DNA of 64,000 bases from Candidatus Omnitrophota bacterium. GTDB taxonomy: Bacteria > Omnitrophota > Gorgyraeia > Gorgyraeales > Gorgyraeaceae. This document shows positions 11,154-22,156 of the stretch, one piece after another. Made by a program: the position numbers and the translations under genes. The notes below the pieces were generated by a model. That model was not told the DNA's origin. It was given only the letters and a program-made list of their open reading frames with translations, and made no database searches. The stretch spans positions 1,379 through 65,378 of the forward strand of contig JBDRJN010000033.1 of assembly GCA_043814965.1 (NCBI GenBank). The letters are read 5' to 3'. The stretch's first letter is position 1. The number at the start of each line of letters is the position of its first letter.

Positions 11154-11660
11154 ATGATCAGAAATAGACATTTAAATATTTTTATTGTAGCAATGGCCCT
11201 AGTGTCTTTCTGCGGATGTGAAGCAGTCCAAAGAAAGTTCGTACGCAAGAAAAAGAAAGAAGAGATGATATCCGCTATAGTAAAGACAAAAGATTATAGC
11301 AAGGACCTCAGGGTGGATGAGCTATATAAAAAGCATTTCCTTTACTGGAAAGTTTGGCAGACAGAGCTCATAGACAGGCTGGACGCAACGCTTAAAAAAA
11401 GAGAAAGTTGTTATTTGTACACTCTTAGCAGCCTGGATGAGATGGTCAAATACCTGTCAGGGGCCAAAAAAGAGGAGCTAAAAGGTATAGTGAATGAGAT
11501 AAAGTCCATAGAAGGCCTTGTCTATAAAAAGAATCTTTTGGGCATGGAAAAGTATAAGATCAAGAATGTACTTGAGAAGACAAAAAGGACTATCTATAAG
11601 AACTTTTCTTTTGATGATGTAAAGGATTACTTAGAAGTCAAGGAAGTCTATGCTGATTAA
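11154..11660 (+). CDS. Hypothetical lipoprotein-like protein
   Basis: Hydrophobic N-terminus ending FCGC (lipobox-like); co-oriented in the operon with an RBS. Confidence 0.65.
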   Translation: MIRNRHLNIFIVAMALVSFCGCEAVQRKFVRKKKKEEMISAIVKTKDYSKDLRVDELYKKHFLYWKVWQTELIDRLDATLKKRESCYLYTLSSLDEMVKYLSGAKKEELKGIVNEIKSIEGLVYKKNLLGMEKYKIKNVLEKTKRTIYKNFSFDDVKDYLEVKEVYAD

Positions 11661-12249
11661 AAAGATCGTAGTAGGCGCGATAGAGACAAATTGCTATATA
11701 GCAGGGGATGAAGACACAAAAGAAGTGTTTATCATAGATCCGGGAGGGGATTATAAAAAAATAAAAGAACTTATAGATAAGAACAGCCTTAAACCAAAAG
11801 CAATAATCAATACCCATGGCCATGGAGACCATATCCTGGCTAATAAAGATCTCAAGCTGCCGATATGGATACATAGAGATGATGCGGATTTTTTGAGTGA
11901 TCCTTCAAAGAATATGTCACTTATGATGGGTGGTTTTTTAAGCGCGGGCCATGCCTCAAGGCTTTTAGGAGAAGGAGATATCCTTAAAATAGGCAAGTAT
12001 TCCCTGGAAGTCATACATACGCCTGGCCATACACCTGGTTGTATCTGTCTAAAGGGCGACAAAGTGCTTTTTAGCGGTGATACGCTCTTTTGTAACGGCA
12101 TAGGGAGGACTGATTTTCCATATGGTTCTTATGAAGATATTGTAGCTTCGATCAAAAATAATCTTTTTAAACTAGACGATGATCTTGTAGTATATCCAGG
12201 GCATGGCCCAAGCACCACAATAGGAAGGGAAAAAGAGAATTTAAATTGA
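11650..12249 (+). CDS. MBL-fold metallo-hydrolase (glyoxalase II-like)
   Basis: THGHGDH, HTPGHT, SGDTLF, PGHG. Confidence 0.92.
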   Translation: MLIKKIVVGAIETNCYIAGDEDTKEVFIIDPGGDYKKIKELIDKNSLKPKAIINTHGHGDHILANKDLKLPIWIHRDDADFLSDPSKNMSLMMGGFLSAGHASRLLGEGDILKIGKYSLEVIHTPGHTPGCICLKGDKVLFSGDTLFCNGIGRTDFPYGSYEDIVASIKNNLFKLDDDLVVYPGHGPSTTIGREKENLN

Positions 12250-12277
12250 TTTAACTAGACAAACTAAGGTATCTATT

Positions 12278-13165
12278 ATGAATGAACTAGTCGAAGAATT
12301 TTTAAGTTATCTATCCGTGGAGAGAGGGTTGTCAAATAATACCCTATCTTCCTACAAGATGGATCTTTTGAAGTTCCTGGGATTCTTAAAGGCCAAAAAG
12401 ATAGCTTCTATAGATAGCCTATCCAGGAAGGATATAACCAGTTTTATGCTGTCTGAAAAAGAAAGAGGGCTTTCGAGCAATTCTATCTCGAGAGAACTAG
12501 CCTGTTTAAAGAGTTTTTTTAAGTTTTTACTGAGGGAAAGCAGGATAAAAGAAGATATTACAAGTGTCATAGAGTCGCCTAAACTATGGAAAAAACTGCC
12601 GTCAGTGCTTTCTGTGGGTGAGGTCGAGAGAATATTGAAAGCCCCCAATATAAAAGATATACAGGGCGCCAGGGACAAGGCAGCGATCGAACTTATGTAT
12701 GCAACAGGCATGAGGGTATCTGAGCTGATAAACCTAAAGATGAACGACTTGAATATGGAAGTAGGGTTTTGTAAGTGTCTTGGAAAAGGCAGTAAAGAAA
12801 GGATAGTGCCTTTTGGTAAAAAAGCAAAAGAGGCTGTCAATGTATACCTGGATTTTTCAAGGCCCAGGCTTTTAAAAAAGAAGATCACCAACTCCCTTTT
12901 TCTTACAAGACTCGGGAGATCTATGTCTCGCCAGACGTTTTGGAAGCTCATAAAAAAGTATGCGAGTGAAGCAGGGATAGAAAAACACATCACCCCTCAT
13001 AGCTTGAGGCATTCTTTCGCAACTCATATACTTGAAAGAGGCGCTGACCTTAGGGTGGTCCAGGAGATGCTAGGGCATTCAGATATCTCTACTACTCAGA
13101 TCTATACGCATGTGAATAAGGACAGGCTTAAATCGATCCATCATAAGTTTCATCCCAGGCCATAG
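12278..13165 (+). CDS. xerD: Site-specific tyrosine recombinase XerD
   Basis: YATGMRVSEL, GKGSKER, HSLRHSFATH, LGHSDISTTQIY, C-terminal HPR. Confidence 0.92.
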   Translation: MNELVEEFLSYLSVERGLSNNTLSSYKMDLLKFLGFLKAKKIASIDSLSRKDITSFMLSEKERGLSSNSISRELACLKSFFKFLLRESRIKEDITSVIESPKLWKKLPSVLSVGEVERILKAPNIKDIQGARDKAAIELMYATGMRVSELINLKMNDLNMEVGFCKCLGKGSKERIVPFGKKAKEAVNVYLDFSRPRLLKKKITNSLFLTRLGRSMSRQTFWKLIKKYASEAGIEKHITPHSLRHSFATHILERGADLRVVQEMLGHSDISTTQIYTHVNKDRLKSIHHKFHPRP

Positions 13166-13175
13166 GGTCGGGTTA

Positions 13176-13205
13176 CCCTCCTATGCTAAAGCTTCGGAGG
13201 GCAGG
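13176..13205. repeat. GC-rich hairpin ending GCAGG, embedded in GGGT(T/A)AC-like short repeats
   Basis: CCCTCC-TATGCTAAAGCTTC-GGAGGG-CAGG flanked by GTTACC/GGTAAC. Confidence 0.5.
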
Positions 13206-13249
13206 CGGGTAACGGGATGCGGGGTAAAGGTGGAAAAGGGAAGGTTTAG

Positions 13250-13894
13250 ATGATGCATAAAGAGATACTAGAAAAGATCAGAAGTTATTTTAATATGGAA
13301 AAAGAATCTGGTATAAAGGAGTATCTTTTTTTCAAAAAAGAAAAAAAAGACAGCTTAAGCTTATTTAAAAAAGAAATACTAGGGTGTATTAAGTGTGATC
13401 TATCAAAGACCAGAAAAAATGTTGTATTTGGAGATGGCTTTACAAAAGCAAGGCTTGTTTTTGTAGGAGAGGCGCCTGGGTATGAAGAGGATATACAAGG
13501 AAAACCATTCGTAGGGGATGCGGGAAAGCTCCTTACTAAAATAATAGAGTCGATGAAACTTAAAAGAGAAGATGTCTATATATGCAATGTCTTGAAATGC
13601 CGGCCCCCAAAGAATAGAAACCCTTTGCCTGAAGAGATAGCTCATTGTATGGACTATCTATATAGACAACTTGAGCTCATCAAGCCAGAGGTGATCTGCG
13701 GGCTGGGTAAATTTGCGTCCCAGACGCTTCTTAAGACAGATATACCTATCACTAAGTTGAGAGGAAAGTGGCATGATTTTAAGGGTATGAAGTTCATGCC
13801 TACTTATCACCCTGCATATCTTTTGCGCAATCCTAAAGATAAGAAACTTGTCTGGGAAGACATGAAAAAGATAATGGAAGTAATGTCATTATGA
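13250..13894 (+). CDS. Uracil-DNA glycosylase family 4
   Basis: CxxC, GEAPG, KCRPP..R.P, TYHPAYLLR. Confidence 0.93.
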   Translation: MMHKEILEKIRSYFNMEKESGIKEYLFFKKEKKDSLSLFKKEILGCIKCDLSKTRKNVVFGDGFTKARLVFVGEAPGYEEDIQGKPFVGDAGKLLTKIIESMKLKREDVYICNVLKCRPPKNRNPLPEEIAHCMDYLYRQLELIKPEVICGLGKFASQTLLKTDIPITKLRGKWHDFKGMKFMPTYHPAYLLRNPKDKKLVWEDMKKIMEVMSL

Positions 13895-15903
13895 GTAGAC
13901 CAAGACTGATAGACGTAGCTGTCAATTGTCCTGTGGAAGGGCTTTTTACATATTCTGTCCCGAAAGAATTAGAAAACGATATAAAAATAGGTTCTTTGGT
14001 AAAGGTGCCTTTTGGAAAAAAGAACCTGACTGGTTTTGCTGTTAAGTTCTCTTCAAATACCTATATAAAAAATATAAGGCCAATAACCGATATCATAAAT
14101 AAGGATATCACCTTGGACCCTATAATATTTGAGCTTTCCAAATGGATCTCGGAGTATTACTACTGTTCTTTGGGAGAGGCTATATCCGCTACTATGCCAG
14201 GAGTGCTTAAAAAACACTTATCCAAAAAAAGAGCCGGTAAGAAAAAAGGCAAAGAAGAGGAGTTTGAGTATAAAGACGGCTCGGATAAACACTTAGACCC
14301 TAATAAAGAACAAAGAGATGCCCTGGCTTCTATCAAAGATTGTATTGATAAAAAACTTCATAAAGTATTTCTCTTGCATGGTGTTACTGGAAGCGGTAAG
14401 ACAGAAGTATATTTGCAATCGATCCAGCATGCGTTGCACCTTGGTAGATCAAGCATTGTGCTTGTCCCTGAGATATCACTTACACCTCAGACCGTTGCCA
14501 GGTTCAAGGCAAGGTTTGGAGATAAGATCGCAGTGCTGCATTCGAGGCTCCTGGGTTCAGAGAGGCTTAGCGAGTGGCAGAGGATCAAAAAAGGAGAGGC
14601 CCGGATAGTGGTAGGCGCAAGGTCCGCTGTCTTTGCGCCGTTAACTGATCTTGGCTTGATAGTAGTAGATGAGGAACACGAGACATCTTATAAACAGGAG
14701 AGTGTTCCAAGATACAACGCAAGGGATGCTGCTATCAAGAGGTCAGAACTATCGAATGCGGTCACTATCCTTGGCAGCGCCACACCATCCCTTGAGACAT
14801 TCTATAAAGCCCAGAACAAACTTTATGTCTTGGTCGAACTGCCTGAAAGAATAGATTCGAGGCTGATGCCAAAAGTAGATATCATAGACATGCGCGATGA
14901 GGCAAACAGGAAAAAGACGCCCTCTATATTCAGTTATTCTTTGAAAAGCTGGATAGAAAAAGATATTGCTCAGGGAAAACAGGTCATGTTATTTTTAAAC
15001 AGGAGAGGTTTTTCTACTTTTATAAGTTGTAGAAAATGCGGGCATGTGATCACCTGCAAAAAGTGCAGCGTAAGCCTCACATATCATTTTTATAAGAAAA
15101 AGCTGATCTGCCATCATTGTAGTTATAATATAGACCCGCCTAACGTTTGCCCGGAATGTAATTCCAGTTATGTTAAATATTGGGGCATGGGCACTGAAAG
15201 AGTAGAAAGCGAACTCCATAGGTATTTTCCTAATATAAGGATAGCTCGCATGGACACGGATGCTACCAATAAAAGAGGGTCGCATGAAAAGGTCCTTTCG
15301 AAGTTCAAAGACCACAAGATAGATATACTTATTGGTACGCAGATGATAGCAAAGGGCCATGATTTTCCAAAAGTCACTTTAGTGGGGGTTGTCTCAGCTG
15401 ATACTGCGCTTAACCTGCCTGATTTTAGATCTGGCGAGAGGACGTTTAATCTCCTGACACAAGTCGCTGGCCGTGCTGGAAGAAGCGATCTCGGCGGAAG
15501 GGTTATTATACAAAGCTACACCCCGCATCATTATGCTATACAAGCAGCAAAAGACCATGACTATGGTACTTTTTATGCCAAGGAAATAGAACTGCGCAAG
15601 GAACTTATGCTCCCGCCTATCACTCATATGGTGAGTCTTACCTTGTGCTCAAGGAACGAGGAAAAGGTCTTAAAAATAGCTGAAGCATTGAGAAATAAAT
15701 TCAAGAAATTAGACAAGTCCAACAAGATAGATATTGTCGGGCCTGCGCCAGCCCCTATATCGCGCATGAAAGGCCAATATAGATGGAACCTATTCCTGAA
15801 GTCAAAGGCAGTCGAAGATATTATACCGCTATTAAAAAAGACCCTTTCTTTTCGTAAAAAAGAAAAGGGCGTTGCCGTGATAGTCGATGTGGACCCATAT
15901 TAA
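13891..15903 (+). CDS. priA: Primosomal protein N'
   Basis: [13 protein letters not shown], Cys-rich zinc region, GTQMIAKG, QVAGRAGR, DVDP. Confidence 0.97.
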   Translation: MSRPRLIDVAVNCPVEGLFTYSVPKELENDIKIGSLVKVPFGKKNLTGFAVKFSSNTYIKNIRPITDIINKDITLDPIIFELSKWISEYYYCSLGEAISATMPGVLKKHLSKKRAGKKKGKEEEFEYKDGSDKHLDPNKEQRDALASIKDCIDKKLHKVFLLHGVTGSGKTEVYLQSIQHALHLGRSSIVLVPEISLTPQTVARFKARFGDKIAVLHSRLLGSERLSEWQRIKKGEARIVVGARSAVFAPLTDLGLIVVDEEHETSYKQESVPRYNARDAAIKRSELSNAVTILGSATPSLETFYKAQNKLYVLVELPERIDSRLMPKVDIIDMRDEANRKKTPSIFSYSLKSWIEKDIAQGKQVMLFLNRRGFSTFISCRKCGHVITCKKCSVSLTYHFYKKKLICHHCSYNIDPPNVCPECNSSYVKYWGMGTERVESELHRYFPNIRIARMDTDATNKRGSHEKVLSKFKDHKIDILIGTQMIAKGHDFPKVTLVGVVSADTALNLPDFRSGERTFNLLTQVAGRAGRSDLGGRVIIQSYTPHHYAIQAAKDHDYGTFYAKEIELRKELMLPPITHMVSLTLCSRNEEKVLKIAEALRNKFKKLDKSNKIDIVGPAPAPISRMKGQYRWNLFLKSKAVEDIIPLLKKTLSFRKKEKGVAVIVDVDPY

Positions 15904-15973
15904 AATAGGGACACATCCCCTTTTTTACCTATTTTTTAATTTTTTTAAAAAAAGGGGATGTGTCCCTATTTTA
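15901..15973. repeat. Long perfect inverted repeat (~26-bp arms) starting at the priA stop codon
   Basis: TAAAATAGGGACACATCCCCTTTTT ... AAAAAGGGGATGTGTCCCTATTTTA. Confidence 0.8.
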
Positions 15974-16042
15974 AAACTGTATTGTAACAGTTTGTGAAGT
16001 GTGCTAAAATAAAAAATACTCGCAGTTAATATAAGGAGATGC

Positions 16043-16549
16043 ATGGCGAAGTTAGATATAAAGAAGTATCCCGATAAGGCATTAAAGAAAAAAGCCTTAT
16101 CCATAGATAAGATCACGGAAGACTTAAAAGAACTTGCCAAGGATATGCTCGAGACTATGCATTTAGCCAATGGTGTAGGGCTCGCAGCTCCTCAAGTGGG
16201 TGTAAATAAGCGTATGATAGTGATCGACAGGGTCGAGAACATGTCAAATCATCTGGTTCTTGTAAATCCCAGGATACTGAGAAAAAAAGGCAGGTCTAGT
16301 TTTTGTGAAGGCTGCCTCAGTATACCAGAAGTGACAAGCGATGTTGTGAGGCCCAGGGAAGTTACAGTAGAGACCTTGGATATAGATGGTAAAGAATTAA
16401 GGATAGAGGCAGGAGGGCTTTTAGCAAGGGTCCTTCAGCATGAGATCGACCATCTGGACGGAGTGCTTTTTATAGACCGTATAGGATTTTTAAAAAGAAA
16501 AAAGATATCAAAGCTCATCTCTTCAAAAAAAGTCTGTATAGAATTGTGA
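16043..16549 (+). CDS. def: Peptide deformylase
   Basis: GVGLAAPQ, EGCLS, QHEIDHLDG. Confidence 0.97.
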   Translation: MAKLDIKKYPDKALKKKALSIDKITEDLKELAKDMLETMHLANGVGLAAPQVGVNKRMIVIDRVENMSNHLVLVNPRILRKKGRSSFCEGCLSIPEVTSDVVRPREVTVETLDIDGKELRIEAGGLLARVLQHEIDHLDGVLFIDRIGFLKRKKISKLISSKKVCIEL

Positions 16550-16569
16550 TATAGCTTAAAACCTAAACT

Positions 16570-17511
16570 ATGAAAATAATATTTTTTGGAAGTTCTGATT
16601 TTGCCCTTCCTTCCTTAGAGAGGATATGTAAAGCCGAGGAAGTATCTCTTGTAGTGACTCAGCCTGACAGGAAAAAGGGAAGGTCTCTAAAAGTCGCTCC
16701 TACGCCTATTAAGGAATCAGCGCAACATCTCGGTATCAAGGTATTTCAGCCGGAGGATGTGAATCTGCCTGAAGCAATAGAGTACCTAAAGGGTTTTAAG
16801 AGTGATATATTCATTGTCGTAAGTTTTGGACAGATCTTAAAAAAAGATGTTTTAGATATACCTAGACTTTATTCAGTCAATATACATTCATCGCTGCTTC
16901 CTAAATACCGCGGCGCAGCGCCTATGAATTGGGCTATTGCGAATGGTGATACTGAGACAGGGGTCACCATTATAAAGATGAATGAAAAGATGGATGAGGG
17001 AGACATGTTATTAAAAGAGAGGATCCCTATGACGCCTTTGGAAGACGCAATAGACCTATCAAAGAAGCTTTCAAAGGCAGCCAGCCAGCTTATAATGGAT
17101 GCGATAGAAAATATTAAAGATAGCAGTGTAGTATTTGAAAAACAGGACAGCAGCCTAGCAACTTACGCGCCTAAATTAAAAAAAGAGGACGGCCTCATAG
17201 ACTGGAAATGGGCCTCAGCTAAGATCTATAATAGAGCCAGGGCATTTTTGCCATGGCCTGGTTGTTTTACTGTGTGGAACGGGAAAATACTTAAAGTTTG
17301 GAACCCGGAGACAGTAGATACAGGTTCTAAATACAGTGGGGCTAAACCTGGAACAATACTTGAGATCGCCAAGGACCGTATGGTAGTAGCAGGAGGAGAA
17401 AGCACTAGTATAGCTATTAAAGAACTGCAGGTCGAGGGTTCACGAAGGATGAGCGTAGATGAATTTGTAAGAGGACACAGGGATCTGGAAGTAGGCGTAG
17501 TTTTAGGTTGA
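16570..17511 (+). CDS. fmt: Methionyl-tRNA formyltransferase
   Basis: VVTQPDR, NIHSSLLPKYRGAAP; follows def. Confidence 0.97.
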   Translation: MKIIFFGSSDFALPSLERICKAEEVSLVVTQPDRKKGRSLKVAPTPIKESAQHLGIKVFQPEDVNLPEAIEYLKGFKSDIFIVVSFGQILKKDVLDIPRLYSVNIHSSLLPKYRGAAPMNWAIANGDTETGVTIIKMNEKMDEGDMLLKERIPMTPLEDAIDLSKKLSKAASQLIMDAIENIKDSSVVFEKQDSSLATYAPKLKKEDGLIDWKWASAKIYNRARAFLPWPGCFTVWNGKILKVWNPETVDTGSKYSGAKPGTILEIAKDRMVVAGGESTSIAIKELQVEGSRRMSVDEFVRGHRDLEVGVVLG

Positions 17512-17535
17512 ATCACTAACTTTTTATGATATAAT
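17508..17535 (+). promoter_or_regulatory. Sigma70-type promoter with extended -10 and a very short leader for the first galT paralog
   Basis: TTGAAT-16 nt-TATAAT, preceded by TGn. The ATG lies 11 nt after the -10 box and has no Shine-Dalgarno. Confidence 0.5.
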
Positions 17536-17546
17536 CACTTCTCAAT

Positions 17547-18569
17547 ATGCCAGAATTAAGAAAAGATCCAGTTATAGGCAGATGGGTTATAATCTCAGTC
17601 GAGAGGGCTAAGAGGCCGAGTGACTTTAAGGTACTTCATCCTGATGATGAAGGGTCTTATTGTCCATTTTGCGAAGGCCATGAGAAGGATACTAGCCCAG
17701 AGGTCTTTGCAATAAGAAAGCCAGGCACAAAGAAAGACGGCCCTGGCTGGGATGTGAGGATAATCCCCAGTATATTTCCGAGATTGGATATCAAGGGAGG
17801 CCTTGATAGAAGAGGTGTCGGTATGTATGATGTCATGAACCCTGTAGGAGTCCATGAGATAATACTGGAATCACCGGACCATGTTACTGATATATATCAA
17901 TTGCCTACAGATAAGATAGAACTCATAGTAGATGCGAATGTCAGCAGGATCATTGAGCTCGAAAAAGACCCCAGACTTAAATATTGCCTTCTTTTCAAGA
18001 ACCATGGACTTCGCGCGGGAGGAAGTAAAGTCACAAAACATCTTCGCTCACAACTCATAGCCACGCCTGTTACGCCTACTCGCGTAAAGGAAGAGCTCAA
18101 GGGAGCCAGGTTTTATTATAAATACAAGGATAGGTGTATATTTTGTGATATCATAGACCAGGAATTAAATAAGGAAGACAGGGTCATAGTCGATACGGAT
18201 AATATCATTGCCATAGCTCCTTTTGCTTCACGGTTTCCATTTGAGATATGGATACTTCCAAAAAAACATTCTTCGGATTTTATAAATATAAAAAGAGAAG
18301 AGACCAAAGACCTGGCAGTAGTGATACAAAAAGTATTTAGTAAGCTATCAAAGGCCCTTAATGACCCTCCCTATAATTATATGCTTCACACTGCTCCTTT
18401 CAGGAGGTCAAATAGGCCTGGATATTGGCATACGATAGAAGAAGATTATCACTGGCACATAGAAGTCATGCCAAGGATCACTCAGATAGCTGGCTTTGAA
18501 TGGGGCTCGGGTTTTTATATCAATCCGACCCCGCCGGAAGAAGCAGCAAAATATTTAAGGGAGATATAG
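17547..18569 (+). CDS. GalT-family nucleotidyltransferase paralog lacking the nucleophilic His
   Basis: ELRKDP, CPFC, FKNHG, CIFCD and AGFEWGSG are present, but the HxHxQ motif reads HLRSQ. Confidence 0.85.
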   Translation: MPELRKDPVIGRWVIISVERAKRPSDFKVLHPDDEGSYCPFCEGHEKDTSPEVFAIRKPGTKKDGPGWDVRIIPSIFPRLDIKGGLDRRGVGMYDVMNPVGVHEIILESPDHVTDIYQLPTDKIELIVDANVSRIIELEKDPRLKYCLLFKNHGLRAGGSKVTKHLRSQLIATPVTPTRVKEELKGARFYYKYKDRCIFCDIIDQELNKEDRVIVDTDNIIAIAPFASRFPFEIWILPKKHSSDFINIKREETKDLAVVIQKVFSKLSKALNDPPYNYMLHTAPFRRSNRPGYWHTIEEDYHWHIEVMPRITQIAGFEWGSGFYINPTPPEEAAKYLREI

Positions 18570-20590
<2,021 letters not shown>

Positions 20591-20630
20591 TCGATATTGA
20601 CTGCATCTTAAATCTTTAGTACTGTATCAG

Positions 20631-20678
20631 GCTCCTCGCTATTTTCAAAAAAAATAGCGAGGAGCTCTTCTTTATTTT
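20631..20678 (+). terminator. Rho-independent terminator after gap
   Basis: 15-bp stem GCTCCTCGCTATTTT/AAAATAGCGAGGAGC followed by a T-rich tract. Confidence 0.7.
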
Positions 20679-20710
20679 GATAAAACCGCTGGCTTAAGAA
20701 AGGATATGAT

Positions 20711-22156
20711 TTGAATATATTATTTGCTTCATCAGAGGTAGTCCCTTTTGCTAAGACAGGAGGTTTGGCGGATGTGTTGGGGGCCCTCCCTGAAAGCCTT
20801 TCTAAAAAAGGGTGTAAATGCAATGTGATCCTGCCCCTTTATAGATGTGTAAGAGAACATGGTTACTCACCTAAGATATTCAAAAAAGGTTTGATCGTAA
20901 AGATAGACAATAAAGAATTGCCATTTGACCTCTCTATGCTAGAGCAAGGCAACGTAAGGGTGTATTTTGTAGAGAGAGATGATTATTATGATAGGGAATA
21001 TTTATACAATTCTCCTACAGAGGACTATCCAGATAATGCGCTGAGATTTGGTTTTTTCGCTAAAGCTATAATAGCATCCATACCTCACATAGGAAAGATA
21101 GACCTATTGCACCTCAATGACTGGCAGACAGCGCTGGTGCCTTTTTATATAAAACTCTTTCATAAGGATGACCAGTCATTAAATAGGATAAAAATACTGT
21201 TTACTATTCACAACATGGCTTACCAGGGCCTATTTGATAAAAAGTTCCTAGGGCCATTAGAGATACCTGAGAGCAAGTTTACTCCGGATACATTGGAGTT
21301 CTGGGGAAGGATCAATTTTATGAAAGCAGGTATTATATATTCAGATGCAGTAAGTACTGTCAGCGTGGGTTATAGCCGTGAGATATTGACAGAGGAGTTC
21401 GGGTGCGGACTGGATGGGCTTTTGAACACAAAAAAAGACGATCTATTCGGTATAGTGAATGGAGTAGATTATTCCGTATGGAACCCTGAGGCCGATGACA
21501 GTATAATAAAAAAATATAATATTGACACTATAGGCGGCAAAAAAGACTGCAAGGCTGACCTATTAAAAGAGTTCAATATGGAGCAGAACATCGATAGGCC
21601 TCTTATAGGCATGATCACCAGGCTTGCAGAGCAGAAGGGTATTGATCTGGTTGCAGGATCCATGGAAGAGATCTTAGATCTAGGGTTTAGTTTTATTATC
21701 CTGGGTTTTGGCGAAGAAAAATACAACTCTATGTTCAAGGCGCTTTCAAATAAACATAAAGGCCTTGTCGGAGCTAGGATAGGTTTTGATAATGCACTTG
21801 CGCACAAGATAGAAGCAGGCAGTGATATATTTTTAATGCCTTCAAGGTATGAACCTTGCGGCCTTAATCAGTTATATAGCATGAAATACGGGACCGTGCC
21901 TGTAGTAAGGGCAGTCGGTGGGCTGGATGATACAGTCGAGAGTTTCGACGCTGCTACAAAAAAAGGCAATGGGTTTAAGTTTAAAGAGGCTTCCGGGGAG
22001 GCCTTGATAAAGACATTAAAAAATACCATCACTATATATGACGATAAAAAAATCTGGGAGAGGCTTTTAAAAAATTGTCTTTTATGTGATTACTCATGGG
22101 ATGCATCTGCCCTGAAGTATAAGGGGCTATACGAAAAGATAGTCGATCGATCATGA
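20711..22156 (+). CDS. glgA: Glycogen synthase
   Basis: KTGGLADV, TIHNMAYQG, PSRYEPCGL; TTG start. Confidence 0.96.
   Translation: MNILFASSEVVPFAKTGGLADVLGALPESLSKKGCKCNVILPLYRCVREHGYSPKIFKKGLIVKIDNKELPFDLSMLEQGNVRVYFVERDDYYDREYLYNSPTEDYPDNALRFGFFAKAIIASIPHIGKIDLLHLNDWQTALVPFYIKLFHKDDQSLNRIKILFTIHNMAYQGLFDKKFLGPLEIPESKFTPDTLEFWGRINFMKAGIIYSDAVSTVSVGYSREILTEEFGCGLDGLLNTKKDDLFGIVNGVDYSVWNPEADDSIIKKYNIDTIGGKKDCKADLLKEFNMEQNIDRPLIGMITRLAEQKGIDLVAGSMEEILDLGFSFIILGFGEEKYNSMFKALSNKHKGLVGARIGFDNALAHKIEAGSDIFLMPSRYEPCGLNQLYSMKYGTVPVVRAVGGLDDTVESFDAATKKGNGFKFKEASGEALIKTLKNTITIYDDKKIWERLLKNCLLCDYSWDASALKYKGLYEKIVDRS

Noticed and set aside
12278-13165. Tyrosine recombinase as a prophage or island integrase
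   Set aside because: Length, motifs and housekeeping context fit chromosomal XerD; there are no att sites or phage genes.
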